From: Pelagomonas calceolata
Taxonomy: Eukaryota
Length of the DNA stretch: 64,000 nucleotides
Direction of reading: 5' to 3'
Assembly: GCA_918797485.1 (NCBI GenBank)
Contig: CAKKNE010000001.1
Span: 6,014,001-6,078,000, forward strand
Shown here: positions 20,805 to 32,600 of the stretch, in pieces
Layout: the number at the start of each line of letters is the position of its first letter
Numbering within the stretch: position 1 is the stretch's first letter
Made by a program: the position numbers and the translations under genes
The notes under the pieces: generated by a model
Database searches by the model: none
Seen by the model: only the letters and a program-made list of their open reading frames with translations
What the model was told of the DNA's origin: nothing

Positions 20805-22575
20805 ATGCTGAAAGCCTGGGACACGCTCGTGGGCGAGGCGCGCTGCCTCTTTACCGCATCGGTGGAGGGCGGTGAGCCGGAGGCGCTCTGCGAGGGGTTA
20901 GTAAGGCAGGTGTCCAAACTCGCGGTAGGAGCCGGCGGCCCGGGCACGACCTGCCGCGCGGCGCCGACGGACTACGGCAGTATCATCGTACAAGTGGACA
21001 CGCGCGACGGGAGCACCGAGGCGATTAAGGACGCGTTGAAGGGCAAGACGCTCATCGTGCGCGGCGCGCGCTGCGTCTTGGGATTGGCGGCGGCGGCCGT
21101 CAGGCTGCCATGTGCATCAAATCCTGTTGAAATCCGCCCCGTGGTCGAGAAGCCCCACGGAAGTATGATAAAAGACGTCTCGGAGGACGACTGGCGGCGG
21201 CTCCGGCGCCTCTTCGGGCGCCGGGCGGAAGTGCCGGGCGACAAGCGCGACGCCTGGGCGCGTGCTTTGAGAGATGCGGGCCGGGCCTACGCGGACCGGC
21301 CGTGGGCTGAGTGTCGCTGGCACCCGCCGAGGCGCGAGCCGCTCGTCGTCACCGGCCCGTCGTTCTTCGCCGCGCCCAAGAAGCAAGAGGCCAAGGAGGC
21401 GGACTCCAAGGCCGACGCGAAGGACGCGAAGGATTCTGACGACGACGCCAAGGACGACGTCGCGGAAGCCAAGGGCGCCGAGCCCTGGGACGAGCGCGCT
21501 GCGACCCGCCGCGCGACGCTGCGGCGGCGGCGGCTGATGGACAACCGGCAGCCGTGGCGCCTCGACCCCCGCGCGCCCGTCGACGAAAAGGCGCCCGTAG
21601 TCGTCGACGAGAACGTGCCGCCCGCGACGGCGCCGCCGGAGCCGGCGCCTCTCCCACAACCCAAGGTCTCGTCGGTCTTCGCCGCGATGCGCGCCGTCGC
21701 GGCGCTGACGCCGAAGAACGCCGCGGCGCCGGACGTGCCGACGGTCGCGGCGCGGCTCGCCGCGCGGCGCCGTTCCTCCCTGTGTGGAAACCAAATTTCG
21801 GGTGCCCCACGCCATCGACGCGATGTTGTCCCCGTGGATAACTAACTCACTGGTTGATTTCCACACAGGCGAGAAGGGCTTCACCCTGTCGAAGCGCGGC
21901 GAACTGGCCGTGCTCGACGAGCTCGCGCGGGCGATGCCGCAGGGCGGTCTCGAGCTGGCCGAGCCGGCGTGCTGGGGCGCCGCGGCGTCGAACGCCGTCG
22001 TCGCGCGCGGCCGGGGCGCCGCGGCGCGGCTCCGGTGGCTGGCCCTCGCGCGGCGCGCCGTCGCGGCGTCGTGGTGCTTCCTGAGCTTCGAGGAGTTTGT
22101 GCAGTCGCACGCCGACGCCGTCGAAGGGCGGAGGCGCGCGCTGCGGGAGGCGCCGATTTCCGTCGCGCAACCCACGGCCGCCGAGCCTACGATCGTCGAC
22201 GCCGTCAATCTGGCGGTCCTACCGATTTCGCGGGCCGCGGCGCCGCGGCCGCTCCCCGACGGGACGTTTACCTGGACGACGCCCGAGGAGGATGAGTCGG
22301 TACCGGTCGTCGACGAGGCCCCGCCGCGTGCCGACGTTTCTGCCGAAGGCAAGGCGCTGTCAAATTTGGAGGGCGTCTTTCCCGTGGTCGTCGCGGCCAT
22401 TCCGCAGATCGTGTCGGTCCACGTCGTTGGGAGCAGCGAAGAGGACGTCTGGCGCGTCGTCCGCTCGGCTCTCCCGGACCGAAGCAAGACGTGCCTCGGC
22501 CGGGAGGAGTTCGTGGGGGATGTGTGGCCGGCGTTGTGGGGGGCGTTTGGGGAGCGCTGGCGTTCTAAGCTATAG
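20805..22575 (+). CDS. Hypothetical protein; exons 20805-21771, 21869-22575
   Basis: Two long ORFs join in frame on removing the element at 21772-21868. Confidence 0.65.
21772..21868 (+). mobile_element. Introner-derived intron (97 nt, GT-AG)
   Basis: TIRs ctgtgtggaaacc (21780) and gatttccacacag (21868). GT lies exactly 8 nt before the TIR; the TSD is not conserved. Confidence 0.82.
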
Positions 22576-22712
22576 TTGTGTTTACATATCACGTAAGTTA
22601 GACTTGGGGGGCGCGGGTAGGCGCGCGGGGGTGGTGGCCTCGCGCGGGCCGCACCCGTGCCAGTGATAGGGAATAACACAAGTGCAGCTTATAACTCGAC
22701 TTCGCAGAGCGA

Positions 22713-24206
22713 CTACTTCCGCGACTTCTTCTTCTTCGACGCCGGCTTGCGCGCCGGCTCCGCAGCCTTGCGCTTCTTCGCGGCCGGCTTGCGCGCGGCC
22801 GGCTTGCGCGCGGCCGGCTTGCGCGTGTCGATCTCGAGGTGGCCCCGGCGGTAGCCCCGAGTGTCGGTCTCGCCGCCGAGCTGCACGTGGTACCACGAGC
22901 CGCTGCCCGTGGTGCGCTGCACGACGCCGCGCGCGCCCGTCTCCTTGATGACGACGCGCGTCCCGACCTTGACGGGCGGTAGAGCCGCCCGCTCCGCCGC
23001 CTTCGCCTCCCACTCTCTCATCTTCCTCCGTTCGTCCGCCATGCGCGCCTCCTCCTTCTTCTCGAACGCCGCGCGCGCCTCCTCGAGCGTTGGGCCCAAG
23101 TCGTTGCACACGCGTCGACCCCGCAGCGAGGACGCGTAGCGGAGGGCCTCCCGGTCCTCCAGGACCGTCGCCTCGGCCGCCGCGCGCCGCCCCATGGCGA
23201 GGAGCGTCTTGTCCTCGGCGGACGCGCCAGGCCGCTGCGCGTAGGCGAGCCGCACGCCTATGACGTCCTCGTACAGAGTCGACGTCGCAGCCTCGCCCAT
23301 CTTGTACAACGCGTCCGCGTACACGTCGAAGGCCGCGCGCTCGCCCTTGTTGTCCTCGGGGCACGGCGGCTTGCGCCGCTTGCCGTCGTCCGGCCCGCCG
23401 TTGGCGTGCTCGACCCTCACTAACTTCCGGCGCCGCCCGCAGTCGATGCAGTCAGCGACCTTGTGCGGGAACCACTCATTTACCTTCTTCGTCTTGGCGT
23501 CGGCGCCCTTCGGCATGTCCTCGCCGCGCAGGAAGGCCTCCGTGACCAGTTCGTCCTTCACGAGTGAGGCGTACTGCGCCTCGTGCGACAGGTCCTCCTT
23601 CGGCAGGCCCAGGTCCCCCAGCCGGTCAAACGTGGCGTCCTCGGAGCGCTTGTCGTTCTCCTCCTGCGCCGCTTTCTGAAACCGCTGCTGCGCCAGCGCC
23701 TCCGAGTTGCACATGCCCGGGAAGCCGGGCTTGTGCCAGGGCCCGACGACGAGGCCGTGGTCGAGGAACCACTTTTTGGCGGACGCCTGTCCAACACTCT
23801 GCACCCACCCTCCGGAGAAGAACGCGTAGCCGTGGAGCCTCACGATCTCGTTGAGTTGAGGTTTGGTCAAGTTCTTGAGATACTGCTCGACCTCGTCGGG
23901 CTTCGAGGCCGTCCAGCCGGGCGGCAGCCTCACTTTCTTCGCCCTGGCGTCGTGCTTGTAAACTGGGGCGTCCGCGCGCTTGCTGGAGATGCCCGCGGCC
24001 TCGGCCGCCTTCTTTTCCTGCTTGACGAATTCCTCCCCTGTAATCGCACCGGGCTGGGCGGAGTCGTCGTCGTCCGATTCGGACTCTGCCGCCCCGTAGG
24101 CTATGTGGCTCGGAGCGCGCTCCGTATTATATTGCTCCTCGTCGGCGAAGCGCAGCGGCGCTTTGGGCGCGCGCGCGGGCCACGCGTTGGCGCCGGTCCG
24201 ACGCAT
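22713..24206 (-). CDS. Hypothetical, probably nuclear protein with KOW/Tudor-like domain and KPAAR repeats
   Basis: Long ORF; VKVGTRVVIKETGARGVV...WYHVQL and a basic tail KPAARKPAARKPAAKKRK. Confidence 0.7.
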   Translation of the reverse strand: MRRTGANAWPARAPKAPLRFADEEQYNTERAPSHIAYGAAESESDDDDSAQPGAITGEEFVKQEKKAAEAAGISSKRADAPVYKHDARAKKVRLPPGWTASKPDEVEQYLKNLTKPQLNEIVRLHGYAFFSGGWVQSVGQASAKKWFLDHGLVVGPWHKPGFPGMCNSEALAQQRFQKAAQEENDKRSEDATFDRLGDLGLPKEDLSHEAQYASLVKDELVTEAFLRGEDMPKGADAKTKKVNEWFPHKVADCIDCGRRRKLVRVEHANGGPDDGKRRKPPCPEDNKGERAAFDVYADALYKMGEAATSTLYEDVIGVRLAYAQRPGASAEDKTLLAMGRRAAAEATVLEDREALRYASSLRGRRVCNDLGPTLEEARAAFEKKEEARMADERRKMREWEAKAAERAALPPVKVGTRVVIKETGARGVVQRTTGSGSWYHVQLGGETDTRGYRRGHLEIDTRKPAARKPAARKPAAKKRKAAEPARKPASKKKKSRK

Positions 24207-25155
24207 GATGATGAGTGCTCGATCTACGTTCGGCACGCGTGTGGCAACCACTGCACAGCGCGGGATCGGCTGAAACGCGGCGTCTGCGGCACCACTCGTA
24301 GCGCGGTTGCAGCAGCGGTCAATTGAGGTATTGATGGAGCGCTGCCAACGCGCGGTTAACTTACTGAGGCTCCTCTCGCGCCGTGCACAGCGACGCAAAA
24401 CCAGGCTCGGCGGAGCCCCAGCCTTTGAATTTATTTTGCTTGGAGCGATCCATCAAGCGGTCTGCGGGCTCATAGTCACTGGCTGATGGATGGGCAAGCG
24501 CGTGGGCGTCGCACCACGCAATCTTCTCTGAAATTGCCTGCGGACAGCTTGGCAAAAACGAGCCCGCCGCGCGCGCGTGCGCGCTGGTCGGCGAGCACGA
24601 TGCTCTGCCCGGGCACGATACCACGACGCGGCGCCAGCGCCACGATGCGCGGGCAGCAGCTCGCCCATGGCGCCTGGATGTGGGCTGCCCCAGCTCCTGG
24701 CGCCCCAGTCGAGGGTCCCGGAGCCGCGTACTGGGGCAGGGAAAGACGACGAAGTCGCGTGCGGGCCACGGCGTCACGGGCTTGTGTCGGGCGCAGCCGA
24801 CGGAGGCTACTCGCCGCCGCGCGGGCGAGGACGGCGCGCCGATAGCATCGGCGCCGCGGCTTGATTTGGACAGTCAGGCCGCGATCATTGTTGTTTGTTT
24901 GTTATGGTTACGTAAACGACCGCTCGTGCGAGTTCGGGCGCGCACGCATGGGGAGAAGAGTTAGAAACAAATCAGGTTTGGACGGGTTTTTGGCGCATTT
25001 TTAGCGCGCGCGATTCTGCGTTTACGCTCGCAACAGCGCTTGGCGGTGAAGCGGTACCCTCCAGCGATCTCCTGGTTCGCACACGTATCGTGCCCGTGAC
25101 CTATTATAGATCTGTGGCCCAGAGAGCCACTTTGCTAATTTGAAAGCACAAGCCC

Positions 25156-26028
25156 ATGCCGCGCCCGGCGAAGCGCGGCCGCGCGGACGCCGACAAGGAG
25201 TTCCGGGTGGATCCCACCGAGGAGGACGAGGACGAGGAGGAGGAGGAGCCCGTCGCCGACGACGACGACGACGAGGAGGCGCTGCGGAAGAAGCAGCGGG
25301 AAGTGGACGCGAAGAACGGTTTCGCCCTGTGGGGCGACGTGCAGCGCGACAAGGCGAAGAGCCCGAAAGGACCGCTGGCCTTCCTGCAAGGCAACAACAC
25401 GCTGGGCGACTGGACGCCGGAGAGCCGCTCGCTGCCCAAGGAGATCGTCAACGCCTACCACGAGATTGGCCACCCCATCAAACGCTGCACGACGTCGCGC
25501 GGATACGTGCGGGCGCTCATGAAGATTTGTGTAGAGTGCAACGTGCCGTTCCCGAAGCCCGGCAAGGGCTACACGACCCGCACGTGGATAGCGATGCTGC
25601 TGATCTGGTGCGCGCCGATGAGAAAGGGCGGCCGCCGGCGCTTACAGCTGGAGAGGGCGGCGTTCTTCAGCTACCAGCTGCTGAAAGTCTCCGAGAAGGC
25701 CGCGTTGGCGTTGGCGCCGCCCAAGCCCGGCGCGTGCGAACTTTGCTCGACGACGGCCATCAAGCAGCTCTTCAAGCACTTCCCCGGCGCCGACGAAATC
25801 ATCTGGGGCGACTACTTCAAGGTGACGCGCGTGGGCGACACCTTCCACATCACGGTCCTCAAGAAGAAGACGCTCCACCGCGACCACCTGGAGCTCTCGC
25901 TCCTCTTCCGCGGCTGGCTCTGCGTGCACTGCAACCGGTACACGCTCCACAAGCTCGACTCGCTCTCGAGCGACGACTACAAGGTGTTCGGGCGCCGCGT
26001 CTACGTGAACTGCACGACGTTTATCTGA
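25156..26028 (+). CDS. Endonuclease-VII-like (His-Me finger) protein
   Basis: CELC ... LHRDH ... FRGWLCVHCN resembles the CxxC...DH...RGxLCxxCN signature. Confidence 0.6.
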   Translation: MPRPAKRGRADADKEFRVDPTEEDEDEEEEEPVADDDDDEEALRKKQREVDAKNGFALWGDVQRDKAKSPKGPLAFLQGNNTLGDWTPESRSLPKEIVNAYHEIGHPIKRCTTSRGYVRALMKICVECNVPFPKPGKGYTTRTWIAMLLIWCAPMRKGGRRRLQLERAAFFSYQLLKVSEKAALALAPPKPGACELCSTTAIKQLFKHFPGADEIIWGDYFKVTRVGDTFHITVLKKKTLHRDHLELSLLFRGWLCVHCNRYTLHKLDSLSSDDYKVFGRRVYVNCTTFI

Positions 26029-26090
26029 AGCCTAATTCTAGTTAACTCGGCATAGGCATCCCCGGGGAGGAACGATGACCACGCCTCCCA

Positions 26091-26521
26091 TCGACGGAAC
26101 CGGAGCCGACGGCCCGCGCTCGGAGGGCTGGAAAAGAATTTTACCAGACAACTCCCGAGTTTATGTTCGTTTCCTTCCGTTTGTTAGTGGTAGAGTCCAT
26201 CTAGGCCGGATGAACACGTACTCATCTATTTTAGGTGCTCCGTTAGGGCCGCGCGAATCCACGAATCCGCGACCCCACGTTTCTAGGAAGATGAGCCCGA
26301 GAGCTAGGTATGCGAGTATCAGCGACGACACCATCCAGATGGACCATAACGCCGTTGTTCTATTCACAATCGACCGACTTGCCCGTTCTCCGCGGACGAC
26401 GGTGCGTACGTGGGGCACTGGATTGGCCCCAGACCGGTGGTTTATAAAATAAATTCGCGTTTGAGGCACTTCGGTTACGGGACGGGCGGCCAGCTAACCG
26501 GCTTGATTGTGTACTACATTG
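26091..26521. repeat. ~430-bp direct repeat, copy A
   Basis: Colinear with 33422-33849, e.g. tcgacggaaccggagccgacggcccgcgctcggagggc, ttccgtttgttagtggtagagtccat, ccccagaccggtggtttataaaataaatt. Confidence 0.9.
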
Positions 26522-26665
26522 CTCCGAGACCCAAAGATGCTCGGCGCGGGTCGTAGCAAAAATTGGCCAAAAAAGGCAATTCGGTCTCGAGTCATCGGTA
26601 AGTCCTATTTAGGAGTGAATGCACATAGACGTTCACTTAGACTTGGGGGGGCGCGGGGTGGTGGC

Positions 26666-29600
26666 CTAGACCTGCTCCTCTTCGACGGAGAACAGCTTGA
26701 CCAGCTCGGCGACGCGGACTTGTCCGGTAGCCGATAAGGCGCCCTTCTGGCGCTTGGCTCCTCTTCTAGCAGCTTGGAGCGCGACGATGGTCTCGTCGAT
26801 GGTGTCGCCTTGGCAGAGCCTTATAGCCGTCACGGGTACCGACTGGCCGATGCGATGGACGCGCGCGATGGCCTGGTCCTCGATGGATGTGTCGAGAACG
26901 GGATCTAAGAGCACGACCGTAGAAGCTACCGTCAGCGTTAAGCCGGCCGACTGAGCATGGTCCAGAGTCAGCAAGCACACGCCGACGGCCGGCTCGTTCA
27001 CGAAGGCCGAGACCGCCGCCGGCCGGACTTCCACGGGTAATAACGCCGGAGCGACGCAAGCTAAGCCAGAGGTCTTGAGCGCGCGCTGCGCGAGCTCCAG
27101 CGCCGAAAGGAACTGACTGAACACGACGACCTTGCTGTCTCGCCCCTTCACAACATCCACGAGTTTCTTCAGCTTCGTCGACGTCTCGGCCGCGGGCAGC
27201 GGCTCGGCGCTGTCGCAGAACCGCTCCGGGCGCGTGTCCGCGGGCAACTCCTCTTCCTTTTCTGCGGCCGCCGCGCGGCCCCGCTTCTTACGCGCCGCCG
27301 GCTTGCGCGCCGCCGGCTTTTTGCCTTTCTTGGACTTCTTCTTGGGCGGCTCCTCCTCGTCGCGCGACGGCACGCCGACGGACTCGCGGTCGCCCGTGAG
27401 GCCCGACGCCGCCAGCGACTCGCCGTAGCGCGCGGCGTTGCGCTTCACAGTCTCCAAATAGCGCTCGGCCTGCAAGGCCATGACCTCGCGCTCGGCGATC
27501 CTCGCGGAGTGCTGCAGCGTCTTGCGGGCTTGCTTGATGAAGCGCTTGTGCGGCAAGATCGCTTCGTCGCCCTTCACGTAGCTTTCAATGTCTTTCAACG
27601 GGTCGGCGTTCAGCAGGCCGTCGCTCTCGTCGCGGTCCTCGCCCATGGCCATGCGCCGGCGATTCTCCGCGCGTCGCTTCTCGTTCTCCTGGGCCCGCTC
27701 CTCCTTCGTCTCTTTTAGCCATTTCGCCACGCGCGAAGCGGGCTTCGTGACGTTCTTGACGAGCCGCGCCAGCGCGGCCTTCGCCTCGGTGAAGATGGGC
27801 CCGTCCTCCTCGTCCTCCTCGAGGTCCGAGAGCTGGCGGCCCGCGAGCCACCTGTACCACAGCGCGATGTTGTTGTCGTCGCTATCCTCGAGATGACGTA
27901 GGGCCTTGCGGAGCGCCTTGGCCGCGGCCTCCTCGTCGGGCGGCCCGTAGCGTACCGGCTTCTTCTTCTTCTTGGTCGACTCATCATCATCAGAGCCCGG
28001 GCCCCAGCCGTCGTCCTCCTCGTCGTCGGAGTCCTCCAGTCTATCCGGGGACATCGCTTCGAACGCGACCTGTGTGGAAATCAAAATTTACGGCGTTCGT
28101 GCTGAATCGTCGCGTCGTCCTCCACGCCATCGACGCGACGCCTGCTCGATGGCGTGGTGGTGGTCGTTCCTCACCGCTCGACGGATCCAGGACGGCCGCG
28201 CCATCGCCGAGAAGTGACTTAGTGAAGAATTGTCGGGTGCACCCGACGCACTGGTTGATTTCCACACAGAACGCGACGCTGAGGAAGGCCTGGGCCACAT
28301 CTAGGCGCGTCTGCTCGACGGCCGCGAGCGCGGATGGCAGGGCTTCGAGCGCCGCCTCGTCGGTGTCGAGCGTCTTGGGGCATTTGGAGGTGGGGGTCGC
28401 GCCGAAGAGAGCCGCGTGATCGGTCATCGCTCTTAACGCTAAGGTCCAGGCTTCCGGTGATTCGGCGTTGCCGGAGCCCTTCGCCTTCGGCAGACGCAGG
28501 CCGCGGCCGGCTCGCAGCTTCGCGGCTTCATCTACATCCTCCCGAGCCGCGAACTCACCTCTGGCCTTGCGCGCCCGGAGCTCTTTCTCGAGGACGCCGC
28601 GCATCTCGTGGTAACCTGTGTGGAAATCAACCAGTGAATGCACCACGCCTATCAAGCAGGCGTCGTGTCGATGGCGTGAACGCGCCATAAATTTTTGATG
28701 TCCACACAGATGATAACGGTGCGCGTACAGCACACTCTCGGCGGGCGAGGAGAGGACCTTCTGGTTTGACACGGTGAGCTCGGGCAGCGTCACCTCGTCT
28801 TCTACGTGTTTCTTCAAGTTCCTCCACATGACGAGTCTCACGAGGTTGGTGAGAGCAACTATGGCCGGCGGCCGATGATGATTTATGGCGTCGTCTAGTA
28901 GCCCTTCCCAGATCCCGTCCTTGCTGCGTGGGGCATCGCGTCGATGGCGTGACACGTGGCGCCATCGACGCGACGTGGACGTGGCACGCGATGCCAACGC
29001 GAACAACGTGAAGATAATAAAGGACGCCGCAAGAGCACGGCTTGACGGTCATAAAAGGCTCCAACTCAATGAAATAAAGTTGCGACACGAGGTCGTCGAA
29101 GCTCGACGAGAGAGGCGTCCCGGTGACGGCCCATCTATTGATCTTCGTGAGCTCGACGGCCATCTCGGGCCCGCCGGTCTTGCACATCTGAGCTTCGTCG
29201 GTCATCATGCGCCACCACTCTACTTGTAACAGGGGCGACGCGAACTTCTCCTCGCCGAGGTCCTTCTGCAGCGTCTCGAAGTTCATCAATACCACGTCCT
29301 GCTCCGCGAGGTCCTTGGCACAGATGCCCGCGCCTTTTCCGCCTCGCGTGTCGGCTGGGCCCTCGTAGACCAGCACCTTGAGTGACGGAGCATGCTTCGC
29401 GAGCTCCGTCACCCACTGCTGGACGAGCAGCGCCGGCATGACGACCAGAGTGGCCTTGATCGGCACGCGCTTGATCACGCCATCACTAATAGGTTTTTTG
29501 TCGACGCACTAAAAGTGCTTGGACGTCTCCACCGTCTCCGGCTTACTATTCAGCTGCTCGATCTCGAGTCTGAATTTATGTTCGACGAGGCGCTCCGAGG

Positions 29601-32600
29601 CGCGGCCCCCGTCCGTGGCCGTCGCGGCGCCTCTTCCCGAGCGGCGAGCCGGACCGCGGTCGCGTCTTCCCGAACCGCGCACCGTCGACCGCTCGCCGGC
29701 GAGCTCGAAGAGCCGCTCCGCCACCTTCCCCGCCCGGTAGCGCTGCTCGTCGTTCTTCTTCGGCATCAAGCACTGGGGCCAGCGGCCGGCCGGGAGCAGC
29801 TCCTCGGCGGGGCGCGGCCGCGTGACCAGCAACGCGGCCACGACGACCGTCTTGCCGAGACCTGTGTGGAAATCAAAATTTTACGGCGCGTTCGTGCTGA
29901 ATCATCGCATCGTCCTCCACGCCATCGACGCGACGCCTGCTCGATGGCGTGGCGATGCCGGTTCCTCGCCGCTCGACCAGCACCCGACGCACTGGTTGAT
30001 TTCCACACAGGCCGAGACCCATCTCGTCGGCCAAGATGCCGCCGGGCTCGTGCGTGAACTGGCCGCCCGTCGGCCGCTCGCGTTCAAACTCGGCGCGGCG
30101 CCGCGGCTCGTAGAAGTGCTGGCCGTCGCACGACACAAATTCGCGATACGCCGGGTCCAAGTTCGAAGCATCATCTACCGCGGCGTTGAAGGTGCCGTCC
30201 TCCTTCGCCTGTGCGGAAATCAAACGTTCGGGTGAGTAAGCCTAAGACGCCTCGTGCGAGGACACAAAGCACTCTCGCGCTGCGTCGAGGCGATAGTAAA
30301 TAATACCTCCAGGCCGGCCTGACGCACTGGTTGATTTCCGCACTGGCGAAGGACGATCATCCAGGCCAGCGCGCGCCTCTGGTACGGGCGCAGCGTCGTC
30401 GAGGACATGGCCGGCGGCGACGGGACCATCGGCGCCGTGGCCGACGGCCGCGCCGCTTCTAGGATCGCGAGGTGCGGCGCCGCCTTCGTGAGCTTGGCGG
30501 GCGGCGCTTCGGGAGAGGCCCACGGCGTGCCCGCGAGGATCGAGCTCTGGGCCACCTCCTGCACGGACGCGCCGGCGTCGGCCGACGCGTGCGCGAGCGT
30601 CGCGATCAGCGTCGAGAGCTGCTGCCGCGAGGCGTCGTTGCTCATGTGTGTATAGGAGTAGCGGCGTCGCGCGTAGCCGCCGTAGGGGTTCGCCTGTTCC
30701 ATCAGCTGGGGCGTCACGAGCTTGATCCAGTCGGGCTTGAGGTCGATCTCCAGCGACACGGGCACCTTGACGACGACGGACGGCGCGAGGAAGCCGATGG
30801 GCGAGTCCCCGAGCTTGGAGAGCGGCGTCGCGACGAACTTCTTCTTGCCGCGCGACACATCCCTCAAATAACCCGCGCGGTAGACGCCGTTCGGCGGCGT
30901 CTCGTCGCGTAATAGCGACCCGTTGATCCGCACACTATTCACGTCCGCCAGATAGGAGAAGATATTGTGGATCAAGATGCGGTTCGGGAGTAGCGCCAGC
31001 GACCGCTCCTGGTGCGGGCGCTTCCGGTCGCGCACGGCGCAGAGCAGCGCCACCTTGATGCGCTCCGCGAGCGCCGGCGAGACGGTGCCGTGGCGCTTCG
31101 GCGTCCAGTTCAGCCCGACGTGGCCCAGGGAAGCGCGAATGTCCATCGCGGCCGACGCGCCGCGGGGCGCCAGTAAAGCCGAAACGGCGTCGGACGTATT
31201 TGTGTCGCGGTAGCGGCTGCCGTAGCCGTAGTGGTGTGACGTTTCATGCTTCGTGCTGAGGCCGCTCGCCTCGTGCTTGAGCGCGCCGTCGGCGATCTTG
31301 AGCGGCGCCTGCTCGACGTCCGGGAGCGGCGGCAGCGGGAAGTTGCCATCACCAAACTCCTCGGCGAGCTTCGCGAGGACACGATGCGTGTCCTCCTGCG
31401 TCGCGCACTCGCGCACGAGCGTCCCGATCTCGCCGGAGTGGCACCGGCGCGGATCTTTCTTAGACAGGTACTCGTAGAGCATGCGCCGGAGTACGTCCTT
31501 CGGCGGACCTGTGTGGAAATCAAAATTTTACGGCGCGTTTGTGCTGATCATCGCGTCCTCCACGCCATCGACGCGACGCCATCGACGCGACGCACTGGTT
31601 GATTTCCACACAGCGGCGGACCCATCAGCTCGAGGGCTTTGAGCTTGGTCAAACCCTGGTTCTTGCAGTGCGTGCCCGCGCGCGTGAGCCTCGGCGAGCT
31701 CCGCGGCAGCTCCAGCTTCGTCTCGTCGCCGCCGACGACCACGGTCAGCTCGAGCAGGCCGGTCGCCTCCGTCGTCACCACATCTAAGTTCTTCGTGACG
31801 ACTATCGTCGCCGTGCCCGCCAGGTTCAGGTCGCGCGCGCACGACTCGAGGTCCAGTCGGACGTCGGCCGGGGGCGGCGGCGCTGGCGCCCCGAACAACG
31901 ACGGCGCCGGCGCCGGCGCCGGCGCCGGCGCGGGGTCGGGCCGCGACCAGAGCGTGAGCTCCGACTCCTGCAGGCCGTGCTGCTGCGCCCACGTGCGCCG
32001 CAGGCTGCCGAAGGGCTCGGTGTCGCGCACAAGCGTCCGGTACTCGGCGCCCTTGTTCACGACGCCGCCCGCCTCGAGCGACGACTCGAACCGCTCGCCG
32101 GCGATCACGACGAGGCAGATGTCGACGCCTCCGCCGCGCGCAGGCGCCGGCTTCGGCTTCGCCTCCTCTTCGTCGGCGTCCGCGGCCGCCGTGACGCGCG
32201 CCATCGCCCAGGTGTTGTCGTCCAGGCGCGCCTCGACGCGGTCGCCGACGGCGAGCGACGCGCGCCAGTCGCCGACGAACATGCCCCGCGGCGCCATGGG
32301 CCTGTCGTACCGGCCGCAGGAGATGAGCTGGCCGTCGAAAGCCGTCAGCCCGACCGACCAGCTCGCGTAGGAGTAGGAGGAGTAGGGACTAGACGTCTGG
32401 GCCGGGACGGAGCGGACGACGGCCTCGTGCCAGAAGCCCTGGTGGAGGACGTCGATCGTGTCGCCGACGCGGAGCGTCTTCTTCCACTCGCTTACTTGCG
32501 AATGGCCCATGCGCTGCTCCGCCGAGCCCCTGACGAGCGGCAGCGCCGCCGCCTCGGCCCACGCCGACGCGGGCACGCCGTAGAAGGTCTCGAGGACGCG

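Noticed and set aside
21117..23364. Long antisense/alternative-frame ORFs (e.g. 21117-22679, 22582-23364)
   Set aside because: They are Arg/Ala/Pro-rich shadows expected from GC-rich codon bias and overlap better-supported genes.
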